Origin: Malacoraja senta
Taxonomy: Eukaryota
Reading direction: 5' to 3'
NCBI GenBank assembly: GCA_038087875.1
Contig: JAXLNO010000123.1
Coordinates: 1-61,362 of the forward strand
Length of the DNA stretch: 61,362 nt
Positions 10,251-21,342 of the stretch are shown one piece after another; position 1 is the first letter of the stretch, and every line of letters starts with the position of its first letter. The position numbers and the translations under genes are program-made. The notes under the pieces were generated by a model. It did not search any database, had not been told where the DNA came from, and saw nothing but the letters and a program-made list of their open reading frames with translations.

Positions 10251-12954
10251 ACATAGATACATAGATACATAGAAAATAGGTGCAGGAGTAGGCCATTCGG
10301 CCCTTCGAGCCTGCACCGCTATTCAATATGATCATGGCTGATCATCCAACTCAGTATCCCGTACCTGCCTTCTCTCCATACCCCCTGATCCCCTTAGCCA
10401 CAAGGGCCACATCTAACTCCCTCTTAAATATAGCCAATGAACTGGCCTCAACTACCCTCTGTGGCAGAGAGTTCCAGAGATTCACCACTCTCTGTGTGAA
10501 AACGTTTTTCCTCATCTCGGTCTTAAAGGATTTCCCCCTTATCCTTAAGCTGTGACCCCTTGTCCTGGACTTCCCCAACATCGGGAACAATCTTCCTGCA
10601 TCTAGCCTGTCCAACCCCATAAGAATTTTGTACGTTTCTAGAAGATCCCCTCTCAATCTTCTAAATTCTAGCGAGTATAAGCCAAGTCTATCCAGTCTTT
10701 CTTCATATGAAAGTCCTGACATCCCAGGAATCAGTCTGGTGAACCTTCTCTGCACTCCCTCTATGGCTATAACGTCCTTCCTCAGATTTGGAGACCAAAA
10801 CTGTACGCAATACTCCAGGTGTGGTCTCACCAAGACCCTGTACAACTGCAGTAGAACCTCCCTGCTCCTATACTCAAATCCTCTTGCTATGAAGGCCAAC
10901 ATACCATTCGCTTTCTTCACTGCCTGCTGCACCTGCATGCTTACTTTCAATGACTGGTGTACCATGACACCCAGGTCTCGCTGCATCTCCCCATTTCCTA
11001 ATTGGCCACCATTTAGATAATAGTCTGCCTTCCCGTTTTTGCCACCAAAGTGGATAACCTCACATTTATCCACATTATACTGCATCTGCCAAACATTTGC
11101 CCACTCACCCAGCCTATCCAAGTCACCTTGCAGTCTCCTAGCATCCTCCTCACAGCTAACACTGCCCCCCAGCTTAGTGTCATCCGCAAACTTGGAGATG
11201 TTGCTTTCAATTCCCTTGTCCAGATCATTAATATAAATTGTAAATAGCTGGGGTCCCAGCACTGAGCCTTGCGGTACCCCACTAGTCACTGCCTGCCATT
11301 GTGAAAAGGACCCGTTTACTCCTACTCTTTGCTTCCTGTTTGCCAGCCAGTTCTCCATCCACATCAATACTGAACCCCCAATACCGTGTGCTTTAAGTTT
11401 GTATACTAATCTCTTATCTGGGACCTTGTCGAAAGCCTTCTGAAAGTCCAGATACAATACATACACTGGTTCTCCCCTATCCACTCTACTAGTTACATCC
11501 TCGAAAAATTCTATAAGATTCGTCAGACATGATTTACCTTTCGTAAATCCATGCTGACTTTGTCCAATGATTTCACCACTTTCCAAATGTGCTGCTATCC
11601 CATCTTTAATAACTGACTCTAGCAGTTTCCCCACTACCAATGTTAGACTAACTGGTCTGTAATTCCCCGTTTTCTCTCTCCCTCCCTTCTTAAAAAGTGG
11701 GGTTACGTTTGCTACCCTCCAATCCTCAGGAACTACTCCAGAATCTAAAGAGTTTTGAAAAATTATCACTAATGCATCCACTATTTCTGGAGCTACTTCC
11801 TTAAGTACTCTGGGATGCAGCCTATCTGGCCCTGGTGATTTATTGGCCTTCAATCCATTCAATTTACCCAACACCACTTCCCGACTAACCTGGATTTCAC
11901 TCAGTTCCTCCATCTCCTTTGACCCGCGGTCCCCTGCTATTTCCGGCAGATTATTTATGTCTTCCTTAGTGAAGACGGAACCAAAGTAGTTATTCAATTG
12001 GTCCGCCATATCCTTGTTCCCCATGATCAATTCACCTGTTTCTGACTGCAAGGGACCTACATTTGTTTTAACTAATCTCTTTCTCTTCACATATCTATAA
12101 AAACTTTTGCAGTCAGTTTTTATGTTCCCTGCCAGTTTCCTTTCATAATCTATTTTCCCTTTCCTAATTAAGCCCTTTGTCATCCTCTGCAGGTCTCTGA
12201 ATTTCTCCCAGTCCTCTGGTATGCTGCTTTTTCTGGCTAATTTGTACGCATCATCTTTTGCTTTGATACTATCCCCGATTTCCCTTGTTATCCACGGATG
12301 CACTACCTTCCCTGATTTATTCTTTTGCCAAACTGGGATGAACAATTTTTGTAGTTCATCCATGCAGTCTTTAAATGCCTTCCATTGCATATCCACCGTC
12401 AACCCTTTTAGAACTAATTGCCAGTCAATCTTGGCCAATTCACGTCTCATACCCTCAAAGTTACCTTTCTTTAAGATCACAACCGTTGTTTCAGAATTAA
12501 CAATGTCACTCTCCATCCTAATGAAGAACTCAACCATATTATGGTCACTCTTGCCCAAGGGGGCACGCACAACAAGACTGCTAACTAACCCTTCCTCATT
12601 ACTCAATACCCAGTCTAGAATAGCCTGCTCTCTCGTTGGTTCCTCTACATGTTGGTTTAGATAACTATCCCGCATACATTCCAAGAAATCCTCTTCCTCA
12701 GCACCCCTGCCAATTAGATTCACCCAATTTATATGTAGATTGAAGTCACCCATTATAACTGTTTTGCCTTTGTTGCACGCATTTCTAATTTCCTGTTTGA
12801 TGCCATCCCCAACTTCACTACTACTGCTAGGTGGCCTGTACACAACATCCACCAGCGTTTTCTGCCCCTTAGTGTTTCGCAGCTCTACCCATATCGATTC
12901 CACATCCTCCAAGCTAATGTCCTTCCTTTCCACTGCGTTAATCTCCTCTCTAAC
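10251..12954 (-). mobile_element. Young CR1, 5'-truncated within the endonuclease
   Basis: Uninterrupted ORF2, 3' UTR and (TATCTATG)n tail. Confidence 0.95.
10351..12933 (-). CDS. CR1 ORF2 (partial APE endonuclease + reverse transcriptase), 860 aa
   Basis: YRPP, GDFN, SDH (APE); [27 protein letters not shown] (RT); no stops. Confidence 0.9.
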   Translation of the reverse strand: MERKDISLEDVESIWVELRNTKGQKTLVDVVYRPPSSSSEVGDGIKQEIRNACNKGKTVIMGDFNLHINWVNLIGRGAEEEDFLECMRDSYLNQHVEEPTREQAILDWVLSNEEGLVSSLVVRAPLGKSDHNMVEFFIRMESDIVNSETTVVILKKGNFEGMRRELAKIDWQLVLKGLTVDMQWKAFKDCMDELQKLFIPVWQKNKSGKVVHPWITREIGDSIKAKDDAYKLARKSSIPEDWEKFRDLQRMTKGLIRKGKIDYERKLAGNIKTDCKSFYRYVKRKRLVKTNVGPLQSETGELIMGNKDMADQLNNYFGSVFTKEDINNLPEIAGDRGSKEMEELSEIQVSREVVLGKLNGLKANKSPGPDRLHPRVLKEVAPEIVDALVIIFQNSLDSGVVPEDWRVANVTPLFKKGGREKTGNYRPVSLTLVVGKLLESVIKDGIAAHLESGEIIGQSQHGFTKGKSCLTNLIEFFEDVTSRVDRGEPVYVLYLDFQKAFDKVPDKRLVYKLKAHGIGGSVLMWMENWLANRKQRVGVNGSFSQWQAVTSGVPQGSVLGPQLFTIYINDLDKGIESNISKFADDTKLGGSVSCEEDARRLQGDLDRLGEWANVWQMQYNVDKCEVIHFGGKNGKADYYLNGGQLGNGEMQRDLGVMVHQSLKVSMQVQQAVKKANGMLAFIARGFEYRSREVLLQLYRVLVRPHLEYCVQFWSPNLRKDVIAIEGVQRRFTRLIPGMSGLSYEERLDRLGLYSLEFRRLRGDLLETYKILMGLDRLDAGRLFPMLGKSRTRGHSLRIRGKSFKTEMRKNVFTQRVVNLWNSLPQRVVEASSLAIFKRELDVALVAKGIRGYGEKAGTGY

Positions 12955-13512
12955 ACCTCCACTCAGTTCGCAATAACCAACCTGATCTCCCGGTGGCTCA
13001 ACTCTTCAACTCCCCTTCCCATTCCAAATCCGGCCTTTCTGTCCTTGGCCTCCTCCATGGCCAGAGTGAGGCCCACTGCATATTGGAGGAGCAGCACCTC
13101 ATATTTGCTTGGGTAGTTTACACCCCAGCGGTATGAACATTAGCTTCTCTAATTTCAGGTAGCCCTTGCTTTCTCCCTCCTTCCCCTCCCATTCCCAGCT
13201 CTCCCACAGCCTACTGTCTCCGCCTCTTCCTTTCTTTTTCATGTCATCCCCCCCGACATCAATCTGAAGAAGGGTCTCGACCCGAAACGTCGTCTATTCC
13301 TTCGCTCCATAGATGCTGCCTTACCCGCTGATTTCTCCAGCTTTTTTGTTTACCAATGGGATCCCACCACTGGCCACATCTTCCCATCTCCTCCCCTGTT
13401 GGCTTTCTGCAGGGACCGCTCCCTCCGTAACTCCCTGGTCAATTTGTCCCTTCCCTCCCAAACCACCCCCTCTCCTGGCACTTTCCCTTGCAACCGCAGG
13501 AAATGCCACACT
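12953..13512 (+). mobile_element. Penelope fragments (GIY-YIG C-terminus, 3' end, second piece)
   Basis: Homologous to 26740-26950 and 26420-26570. Confidence 0.85.
13264..13291 (+). ncRNA. Minimal hammerhead ribozyme core
   Basis: CTGAAGA-A-GGGT(ctcg)ACCC-GAAA-CGTC in a Penelope 3' end. Confidence 0.6.
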
Positions 13513-13549
13513 TGGTGTTTTAATTAAGATCAAGACTATGGGGCTGTAC

Positions 13550-14075
13550 ATTGGCTAATAAAGTTGCTGCCTAAAAGTGCCAGAGACCCGGAATTGATCC
13601 TGAATATGGGTGCTGCCTGTATGGAGTTTGCTCCTTTTCCCTTTGATCACATGGGTTTTCTCCGGGTGCTCTTGTTTCCTTCCACATTCCAAAGGTGTGC
13701 AGGAACCTATTTCAGACCCAACCCAAAACATAATATTTTCCTTTTGTCCAGAGATTCTGTCTGACCTGTTGAGTTACTCCAGCTTTTTGTGTCTATCTTC
13801 AGTTTCAACCAGCATCTGCACTTCCTTCCTGCACACATTTTGTTTTCTCATTTATAACATTGTTTACAGAGTACTATGTTTGCATATTCTGTTGTGCTGC
13901 TGCAAGTAAGGATTTCATTGTTCTAACTGGGACGTGAGAGAATAAAACACTCTTGACTCTTGACTTACTCCGCTAATGTGTGGGATAGAACTAGTGTACG
14001 GGTGATCAGTGGTCGGTGTGGATTCGGTGGGCTGAAGAGCCAGCTTCCACACTGTATCTTTAAATTAAACTAAAG
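13550..14075 (+). mobile_element. Degenerate V-SINE split by Penelope-end and Rex-tail insertions
   Basis: SINE head and V-domain at ~13555-13705, tail at ~13970-14075; Penelope end and (actcttg)n-tailed piece between them. Confidence 0.6.
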
Positions 14076-14689
14076 ACACTAAAACCAGAGGGAGTCAAAA
14101 GAAGGGTCTCTACCCGAAATGTCACCCAATTTCTTCTATCCTGAGTTGCTGGCTGCTCCACGGAGTTCCCCCACACATATAAAGCATGGAATAGTCTTCA
14201 CCCTACCATAGTTACCCAACCAGATGCAACTAAATTTAAGGTAACTCTTTTTTCCCCAAGAACCCTTTTATTGCTTAAGTCCAAGTCAAGAGTCAAGAGA
14301 GTTTTATTGTCGTGTCCCAGATAGGGCAATGAAATTCTTGCTTGCTGCAGCACAACAGAATATGTGAACATAATACAGAACAGGAGATAAAAGTTCAGTG
14401 TGTTTATATACCATAGACCATATATTTACACAATAAATAAACAGATAAAATGCAATAGGCTGTTATTGTTCAGCCCTCTACCACCTCCAGTTTAAATTCC
14501 ATTTAGAATATTTATGGAGGACCAGGAAACCAGAAGCAAGAGTTACTCCAGGGAGTTACTCCTGATCCAGGGTCAGGGAGTGATTCTGCGTGGTTTTCAG
14601 CGCTGGCGGCGAGGCAGCGACCGAACAGCAATGGCGGCTAAATCTCCCACAATTCAAAGCGAGGGAGAAAGTGCCCAGCGCCGACCAGT

Positions 14690-14800
14690 TGCCGTGGCAG
14701 TGCGCATGCGCAGGGCGGCCGATGATGTGCGGGCCGTGGTTGTGCGCATGTGCAGGGGGAGGACGTGCAGGCCGCAGCAATGCGCATGTGCAAGGCGGAA
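14690..14800. promoter_or_regulatory. CpG-rich segment with three NRF1-like motifs
   Basis: TGCGCATGCGCA at 14701; TGCGCATGTGCA at 14744 and 14781. Confidence 0.4.
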
Positions 14801-15268
14801 CCTGGCGGCCCGGATACGGATAGCGGGGGGAGACGGAGAGAGAGAGAGAGAGAGATGGGGGCCCGCCCAGAGTTGAACGGCAGGTGTCCTGCCTTGGCCG
14901 GAGGCCCCCTAGATTTCGAGGCTCTAGGGCTTATACGCTTATCCAGCTTATACGTAAATCCGGCCCTGACCGCAAGGCTCGGTGCTGGGACCGCAGCTAT
15001 TTACAATATACATCAATGACTTGGATGAAGGGATTCAAAGTAACATTAGCAAATTTGCAGATGACACAAAGCTGGGTGGCAGTGTGAACTGCGAGGAGGA
15101 TGTTATGAGAATGCAGGGTGACTTGGACAGGTTGGGGGAGTGGGCAGATGCATAGCATATGAAGTTTAATGCGGATAAATGTGAGGTTATCCACTTTGGT
15201 AGCAAAAACAGGAAGGCAGATTACTATCTAAATGGCGTCAAGTTGGGAAAATGGGAAGTACAACAGGT

Positions 15269-16658
15269 TCACCTACATCTTCACCTACGACTGCACACCT
15301 TGGCTTATACTCGCTAGAAATTTAGGAGATTGAGAGGGGATCTTATAGAAACGTACAAAATTCTTATGGGGTTGGACAGGCTAGATGCAGGAAGATTGTT
15401 CCCGATGTTGGGGAAGTCCAGGACAAGGGGTCACAGCTTAAGGATAAGGGGGAAATCCTTTAAGACCGAGATGAGGAAAAACTTTTTCACACAGAGAGTG
15501 GTGAATCTCTGGAACTCTCTGCCACAGAGGGTAGTTGACGCCAGTTCATTGGCTATATTTAAGAGGGAGTTAGATGTGGCCCTTGTGGCTAAAGGGATCA
15601 GGGGGTATGGAGAGAAGGCAGGTACGGGATACTGAGTTGGATGATCAGCCATGATCATATTGAATGGCGGTGCAGGCTCGAAGGGCCGAATGGCCTACTC
15701 CTGCACCTATTTTCTATGTATCTATGTATCTATGTACATGGTACTAACACCATCATCAAGTATGCAGATGATACAACGGTGATTGGCCTCATCAGCGACA
15801 ACGATGAGTTGGCCTATAGGGAGGAGGTCCAGCTCTAAGCAGCATGGTGCGCTGACAACAACCTAGCCCTTAACTCCAAGAAGACCAAGGAGCTCATTGT
15901 GGACTACAGAAGGTCTAGGGGTGGCACGCTCACCCCCATCCATATTAACGGGACGGAGGTGGAACGTGTTTCCAGCTTCAGGTTTCTGGGGGTCAACATC
16001 TCTGATGACCTCTCTTGGACCCACAATATCTCAACACTGGTCAAGAAGGCTCACCAGCGTCTCTTCTTCCTGAGGAGACTAAAGAAGGTCCATCTGTCTC
16101 CTCAGATTCTGGTGAACTTCTACCGCTGCACCATCGAGAGCATCCTTACCAACTGCATCACAGTATGGTATGGCAACTGCTCTGTCTCTGACCGGAAAGC
16201 ACTGCAGAGGGTGGTGAAAATTGCCCAACGCATCACCGGTTCCTCACTCCCCTCCATTGAGTCTGTCCAAAGCAAGCGTTGTCTGCGAAGGGCGCGCAGC
16301 ATCGTCAAGGACTGCTCTCACCCCAGCCACAGACTGTTTACCCTCCTCCCATCCGGGAGGCGCTACAGGTCTCTCCGTTGCCGGAACAGCAGGTTCAGGA
16401 ACAGCTTCTTCCCAGCGGCTGTTACACTACTTAACTCTGCACCTTGGTGACTGCCAGTTACACCCCCCCCCCCCCCCAACCCCCCGACACTCCTTCCCCC
16501 AGTAAAATTGCATTTTACTGCTACTGTTTGTCCATATATATATTTTACTGTTCATCATTCTACGTTCGCTCTTCTGGGTGAGATGCCAACTGCATTTCGT
16601 TGTCTCTGTACTGTACACTGCACAATGACAATTAAAGATTGAATCTGAATCTGAATCT
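15269..16658 (+). mobile_element. Rex1/Babar LINE 3' part, interrupted by a CR1
   Basis: FTYDCTP|VHGTNTIIKYADDTTVIGLI, KKAHQRLFFLRRL, LLPSGRRYRS; (GAATCT)n tail. Confidence 0.9.
15301..15733 (+). mobile_element. Young CR1 3' end inserted in the Rex element
   Basis: ILMGLDRL variant shared with the 5594 and 10251 copies; (TATCTATG)n tail. Confidence 0.93.
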
Positions 16659-17077
16659 GATCTGGGGGTCCTTGTTCATCAGTCAATGAAAGTAAGCATG
16701 CAGGTACAGCAGGCAGTGAAGGAAGCGAATGGCATGTTGGCCATTATAACAAGAGGAATCGAATATAGGAGCAAAGAGGTCCTTCTGCAGTTGTACAGAG
16801 CTCTAGTGAGACCACACCTGGAGGATTGTGTGCAGTTTTGGTCTCCAAATTTGAGGAAGGATATTCTTGCTATTGAGGGCGTGCAGCGTAGGTTTACAAG
16901 GTTAATTCCCAGGATGGCGGGACTGTCATATGCTGAGAGAATGGAGCAGATGGACTTATTCACTCTGGAGTTTAGAAGGATGAGAGGGTATCTCATTGAA
17001 ACATATATGATAGTTAAGGGTTTGGACACGCTAGAGGCAGGAAACATGTTCCCGATGTTGGGGGAGTCCAGAACCAG

Positions 17078-19825
17078 GTGCCACAGTTTCCTCTGCCTCG
17101 GAGGAGGGAGAGGAAGCAGAAGCGAGGCCGCAGGTCCGGTGTTTTGCTAAGGCTAAGAAAACAACCACATAAGCCACCTCTACCGAGCCTGTATCTCTCC
17201 AATGCCAGATCCCTGGTTCATAAAATGGATGACCTGGAATTACAACTCGCTGGAAATCGATATGTTCGTGACTGCTGTGTTTTGATTATCACCGAAACCT
17301 GGCTTCACCCGGGAATACCTGATGCTAGCATGCAGCTAGCAGGACGCTTTCTGCTCCGCGGGGACAGGACTATGGACTCCGGTAAGAGTAGGGGAGGGGG
17401 CCTCTGTATCTACGTGCATGAGAACTGGTGCAACAACGGGACAATCTTAGACAAACATTGTTCCCCTGACGTTGAGTACATGTCTGTAAGATGCCGGCCT
17501 TTTTTTCTACCGAGAGAACTAACAGTAGTGGATATATATATATTGTATATTCCACCCGACGCCAATGTAAACACGGCGCTCTCTCTCCTGCTGAACACCA
17601 TTACCGAACAGCAGCGGGCCCACCCCGAAGGTGTTCACATAATTCCAGGGGACTTTAATAAGGCCAACTTGAAGACTGTACTGCCGAAATTTTATCAACA
17701 TGTCAAGTGTTCTACTAGAGGGGAGAACACACTGGATCATGTCTACACCAATATCAAGCACGCGTATAGAGCCATTCCCCTCCCCCAACTCGGCCAGTCA
17801 GATCATCTCTCCCTCCTGCTCTCCCCTGCCTACACCCCCCTCAGACGCAGTGCCAGGCCCACCATAAAGTCTGTTACAACCTGGCTGGAAAATGCACTCT
17901 CCAAACTACAGGACTGCTTTATACAGACAAACTGGGACATATTCGAACACCAGGATCTGGAAACTTTCACAGGAACGGTACTGGACTATATAAAGTTCTG
18001 CATCGGAAACGTGACTGTGGACAAAAACATTCGGGTTTTCCCAAACCAGAAACCCTGGATGTCCAGCCAGGTCCGCACACTCCTCAGAGCCCGTGATGCT
18101 GCCTTCAGGTCAGGTGACAGAGCTCTGTACAGGGCTGCTCGAGCCGATCTGGAAAGTGGAATTAAAAAAGCCAAGGCGGACCATAAGAGGAGCATAGAGT
18201 CCCAGGTGGACAGGTGGATAGAGTCCCACCTGTCCAGCAATAATACACGGGAGGTATGGCGGGGCATACAAGACATCACAAACTACAGAGGCTGTGCCAC
18301 AACGACAGAAGACCTGAGTGTGCTGCTGGCAGAGAAGCTAAATTGCTTCTTTTCCCGCTTTGAAACATCACAACAGCAGCACCCATCTGCTACAGCCCTG
18401 CTCCCACCCTCACCTGGCTCCTGTACTACTCCACTCACTGTAAGGGAGAACGATGTCAGACGGGTGCTCCTGGCAGTGAACCCCAAGAAGGCTGCCGGCC
18501 CGGATGGAGTGCCTGGTAGGGTGCTTAAAGCTTGTGCCCACCAGCTCACCGGCATCTTCACCAGAATCTTCAACCTCTCCCTGGACCAGGCAGTTATCCT
18601 GTCCTGCCTAAAATCAGCCACAATCATCCCAGTGCCGAAGACGTCTCCCATCACCAGCCTAAATGATTACCGTCCCGTGGCTCTCACTCTGGTAATCATG
18701 AAGTGCTTCGAGAGATTGGTCCTCCAGCACATCAAGGACTATCTCCCTCCAGACTTCGACCCTCACCAATTCGCCTATCGCCCAAACAGATCCACAGAAG
18801 ACGCCATCACCGTTGCTCTCCACTCTGTGCTGAGCCACCTGGAGCAGGGGCAGAGCTACGTCCGGATGTTCTTTGTGGATTACAGCTCAGCTTTCAATAC
18901 TATCATTCCGGACATTCTCATCGACAAACTGGTCACTCTCGGCCTCCCCACTCTCACATGTGCCTGGATAAAGGAGTTCCTCACCAACCGGCCCCAGACT
19001 GTGAGACTCGGCCCCCACCTCTCCTCCACTCGCATGTTGAGTACCGGCTCCCCACAGGGCTGTGTGCTAAGCCCCCTCCTATACTGTCTCTACACCCACG
19101 ACTGTAGTCCGGCCCATAACAACAACCGCATCGTCATGTTTGCTGACGACACTACAGTAGTCGGACTCATATCAAGGGGAGACGAGGCAGCCTATAGAGA
19201 GGAAGTCCTGAAGTTGACAGCCTGGTGCTCAGAAAACAACTTGGCTCTGAACACCAAGAAAACAAAAGAGCTCATTGTCGACTTCAGGAGGCACAGGACC
19301 GACTTAGCCCCCCTATACATCAACGGCGAGTGTGTGGAGAGGGTCTACACCTTCCGGTTTCTCGGCGTCCTCATCTCCGCTGACATCTCCTGGACAGACA
19401 ACATCACAGCGGTCATCAAGAAGGCTCAGCAGCGGCTGCACTTCCTGAGGGTGCTCAGGAAGTACAACCTGGACTCCAACCTGCTGCTGACCTTCTACCG
19501 CTCGTCCATTGAGAGCCTGCTGACGTACTGCATTACAGCATGGTACGGCAGCTGCACCAGGGCAGACAGGGAGAGGCTTCAGAGGGTAGTTAGGGCAGCA
19601 CAGAAGATCATTGGCTGCCCTCTTCCCTCCCTGATGGACATTTACACCTCCCGCTGCCTCAGCAGGGCGAAGAACATCATCAAGGACAGCTCCCGTCCTG
19701 TGTTTGGCCTGTTCGACCTGCTGCCCTCAGGGAGGTGCTATAGGTGCATCAGAACAAGGACAAATAGACTCAAGAACAGTTGCTTTCCAAAAGCCATAAC
19801 CTCTCTGAACTCACACATGCACTGA
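17078..19825 (+). CDS. Rex1/Babar APE endonuclease-reverse transcriptase, 915 aa uninterrupted
   Basis: NARSL, ITETWL, GDFN, LDH, SDH; DYRPVALT, DYSSAFNT, PQGCVLSP, FADD; the first ~3 codons come from the flanking CR1. Confidence 0.9.
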   Translation: MPQFPLPRRRERKQKRGRRSGVLLRLRKQPHKPPLPSLYLSNARSLVHKMDDLELQLAGNRYVRDCCVLIITETWLHPGIPDASMQLAGRFLLRGDRTMDSGKSRGGGLCIYVHENWCNNGTILDKHCSPDVEYMSVRCRPFFLPRELTVVDIYILYIPPDANVNTALSLLLNTITEQQRAHPEGVHIIPGDFNKANLKTVLPKFYQHVKCSTRGENTLDHVYTNIKHAYRAIPLPQLGQSDHLSLLLSPAYTPLRRSARPTIKSVTTWLENALSKLQDCFIQTNWDIFEHQDLETFTGTVLDYIKFCIGNVTVDKNIRVFPNQKPWMSSQVRTLLRARDAAFRSGDRALYRAARADLESGIKKAKADHKRSIESQVDRWIESHLSSNNTREVWRGIQDITNYRGCATTTEDLSVLLAEKLNCFFSRFETSQQQHPSATALLPPSPGSCTTPLTVRENDVRRVLLAVNPKKAAGPDGVPGRVLKACAHQLTGIFTRIFNLSLDQAVILSCLKSATIIPVPKTSPITSLNDYRPVALTLVIMKCFERLVLQHIKDYLPPDFDPHQFAYRPNRSTEDAITVALHSVLSHLEQGQSYVRMFFVDYSSAFNTIIPDILIDKLVTLGLPTLTCAWIKEFLTNRPQTVRLGPHLSSTRMLSTGSPQGCVLSPLLYCLYTHDCSPAHNNNRIVMFADDTTVVGLISRGDEAAYREEVLKLTAWCSENNLALNTKKTKELIVDFRRHRTDLAPLYINGECVERVYTFRFLGVLISADISWTDNITAVIKKAQQRLHFLRVLRKYNLDSNLLLTFYRSSIESLLTYCITAWYGSCTRADRERLQRVVRAAQKIIGCPLPSLMDIYTSRCLSRAKNIIKDSSRPVFGLFDLLPSGRCYRCIRTRTNRLKNSCFPKAITSLNSHMH

Positions 19826-20131
19826 CTTCACAGCTTAACCCCCGGACTTCCATCTATCCACCTACTGTAATTTGTACTGTAACTGTAATTTTTAATATGT
19901 GCAATAACCCATACTGTATATAGGAATCCTATTTATTCACTCTATTTACCCATTGTCTTTTAATAGATATGTATATAGCGCCGCAGAACTGTGCACCTTA
20001 TCCCCCCCTCTTTTGTTTTTTGTTTTTGTTTTTTTGAACTAATTACATGTCTGCACTGAGTACGAGCTGCTTTTAATCTCATTGTACATGTGTATAGTGA
20101 CAATAAAATGGTATTCATTCATTCATTCATT
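17088..20131 (+). mobile_element. Near-complete Rex1/Babar LINE
   Basis: Single APE+RT ORF, 3' UTR, AATAAA and (ATTC)n tail; inserted in the CR1 with a small target deletion. Confidence 0.92.
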
Positions 20132-20707
20132 AAAATGGAGACGAGGAAACAATTTTTCTCACAGAGAGTGGTGAGTGTGGAATTCTCTGCCTCAGAGGGT
20201 GGTGAAGGCAGGTTCTCTGGATGCTTTCAAGAGAGAGCTAGATAGGGCTCTTAAAAATAGCGGAGTGAGGGGATATGGGGAGAAGGCAGGAACGGGGTAC
20301 TGATTGGGGATGATCAGCCATGATCACATTGAATGGTGGTGCTGGCTCGAAGGGCCGAATGGCCTACTCCTGCACCTATTGTCTATTGTCACCCAGGATC
20401 TCTAAAGACTGAGTCCTCTGATGCTGGAAGAGTCTGCCAGGGTTAGACTCTCCTCCCCATTCTACCAAATGTTGCATAAACTGGGCCAAACTTCACTACT
20501 GTTCCTTTACTTGTACGTCTCATTTAATTCAAAGTATTTATTTGTCAGTTAAAGTAGTATCTGGTTTGTCATGTTGTGTTTCTCCAGATATTTGAACTGC
20601 CTGTATGCTCCTATCTGTTTCTGTTTGTGCACAGGGTCTCAATGTCCATGGTAAAGGGCACAGTATCAGGAGCAGTGTCGGGGAGAACACTACATGTGAC
20701 ATGGTAA

Positions 20708-20852
20708 GTTTTACATTTAGGGACACAGCGCGGAAACAGGCCCTTTGGCCCACCGAGTCTGCACCGACCAGCGATCACCGCAAAATTAACACTATCGTAC
20801 ACACACTAGGGACAATGTTACATTTATACCAAGTCAATTAACCTGCAAACCT
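20708..20852 (-). mobile_element. V-SINE 3' part
   Basis: acacagcgcggaaacaggccctttggcccaccgagtc...caattaacctgcaaac. Confidence 0.75.
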
Positions 20853-21154
20853 TCTTCCAGTGCCTGCCCAAGGGAGGTCTCTCTCCAGATCCTTCCATCT
20901 GCGACACTGCCAGGTGTGCCCACATCCACATACAGGAAGTTGTAGTTTGAATCCACCACAGCTAACAGTACGAAGAAATGAAACTTCTTGTAATTGAAGT
21001 ATTTTTCCCCTCCCTTGGGTGGACACTGGATGGCGACATGCTTGCCATCCACTGTCCCACATGTATGCTTAAAGTTCCATCTTTTGTCAAAGCCATGCGC
21101 CACTCTTTTCCAGCCATCTGGTGTACTGGGACAGTCCATCACCTTATCTTCATA
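20845..21154 (-). pseudogene. Harbinger/PIF transposase catalytic-core fragment
   Basis: YEDKVMDCPSTP..RWNF...GTVDGKHVAIQCP...YFNYKKFH..VLLAVVD.NYNFLYVDVG.PGS.ADGRIW (DDE_Tnp_4-like). Confidence 0.88.
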
Positions 21155-21342
21155 TCTATATTACTGAAAGTAAGATCTTGACCACTTCCTGTTTTTCTGT
21201 TTCATGATTTTTGAAAAAACACTGCCATTTACGGCTGTGATTTTTGGCCATCTTACTCAGAGTCCCCCTCCGCTACGCAGGACAAGAGGATTTTTCCCAT
21301 CGATGAAAAATAAAAGAGTTATTAATGTTTTTAAAATGTTAA

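Larger units (their letters stand above)
9579..14968. mobile_element. Non-autonomous hAT DNA transposon with nested cargo
   Basis: TIRs CAGGGCCGaATTTA / TAAATCCGGCCCTG; perfect 8-bp TSD accgcaag (9571-9578, 14969-14976); no transposase ORF seen. Confidence 0.85.
9413..20389 (+). mobile_element. One CR1 3' half split into four pieces (9413-9578, 14969-15268, 16659-17087, 20132-20389)
   Basis: Pieces are colinear CR1 sequence from FDKVPHRRL to the 3' UTR; junctions rejoin when the inserts are removed. Confidence 0.88.
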
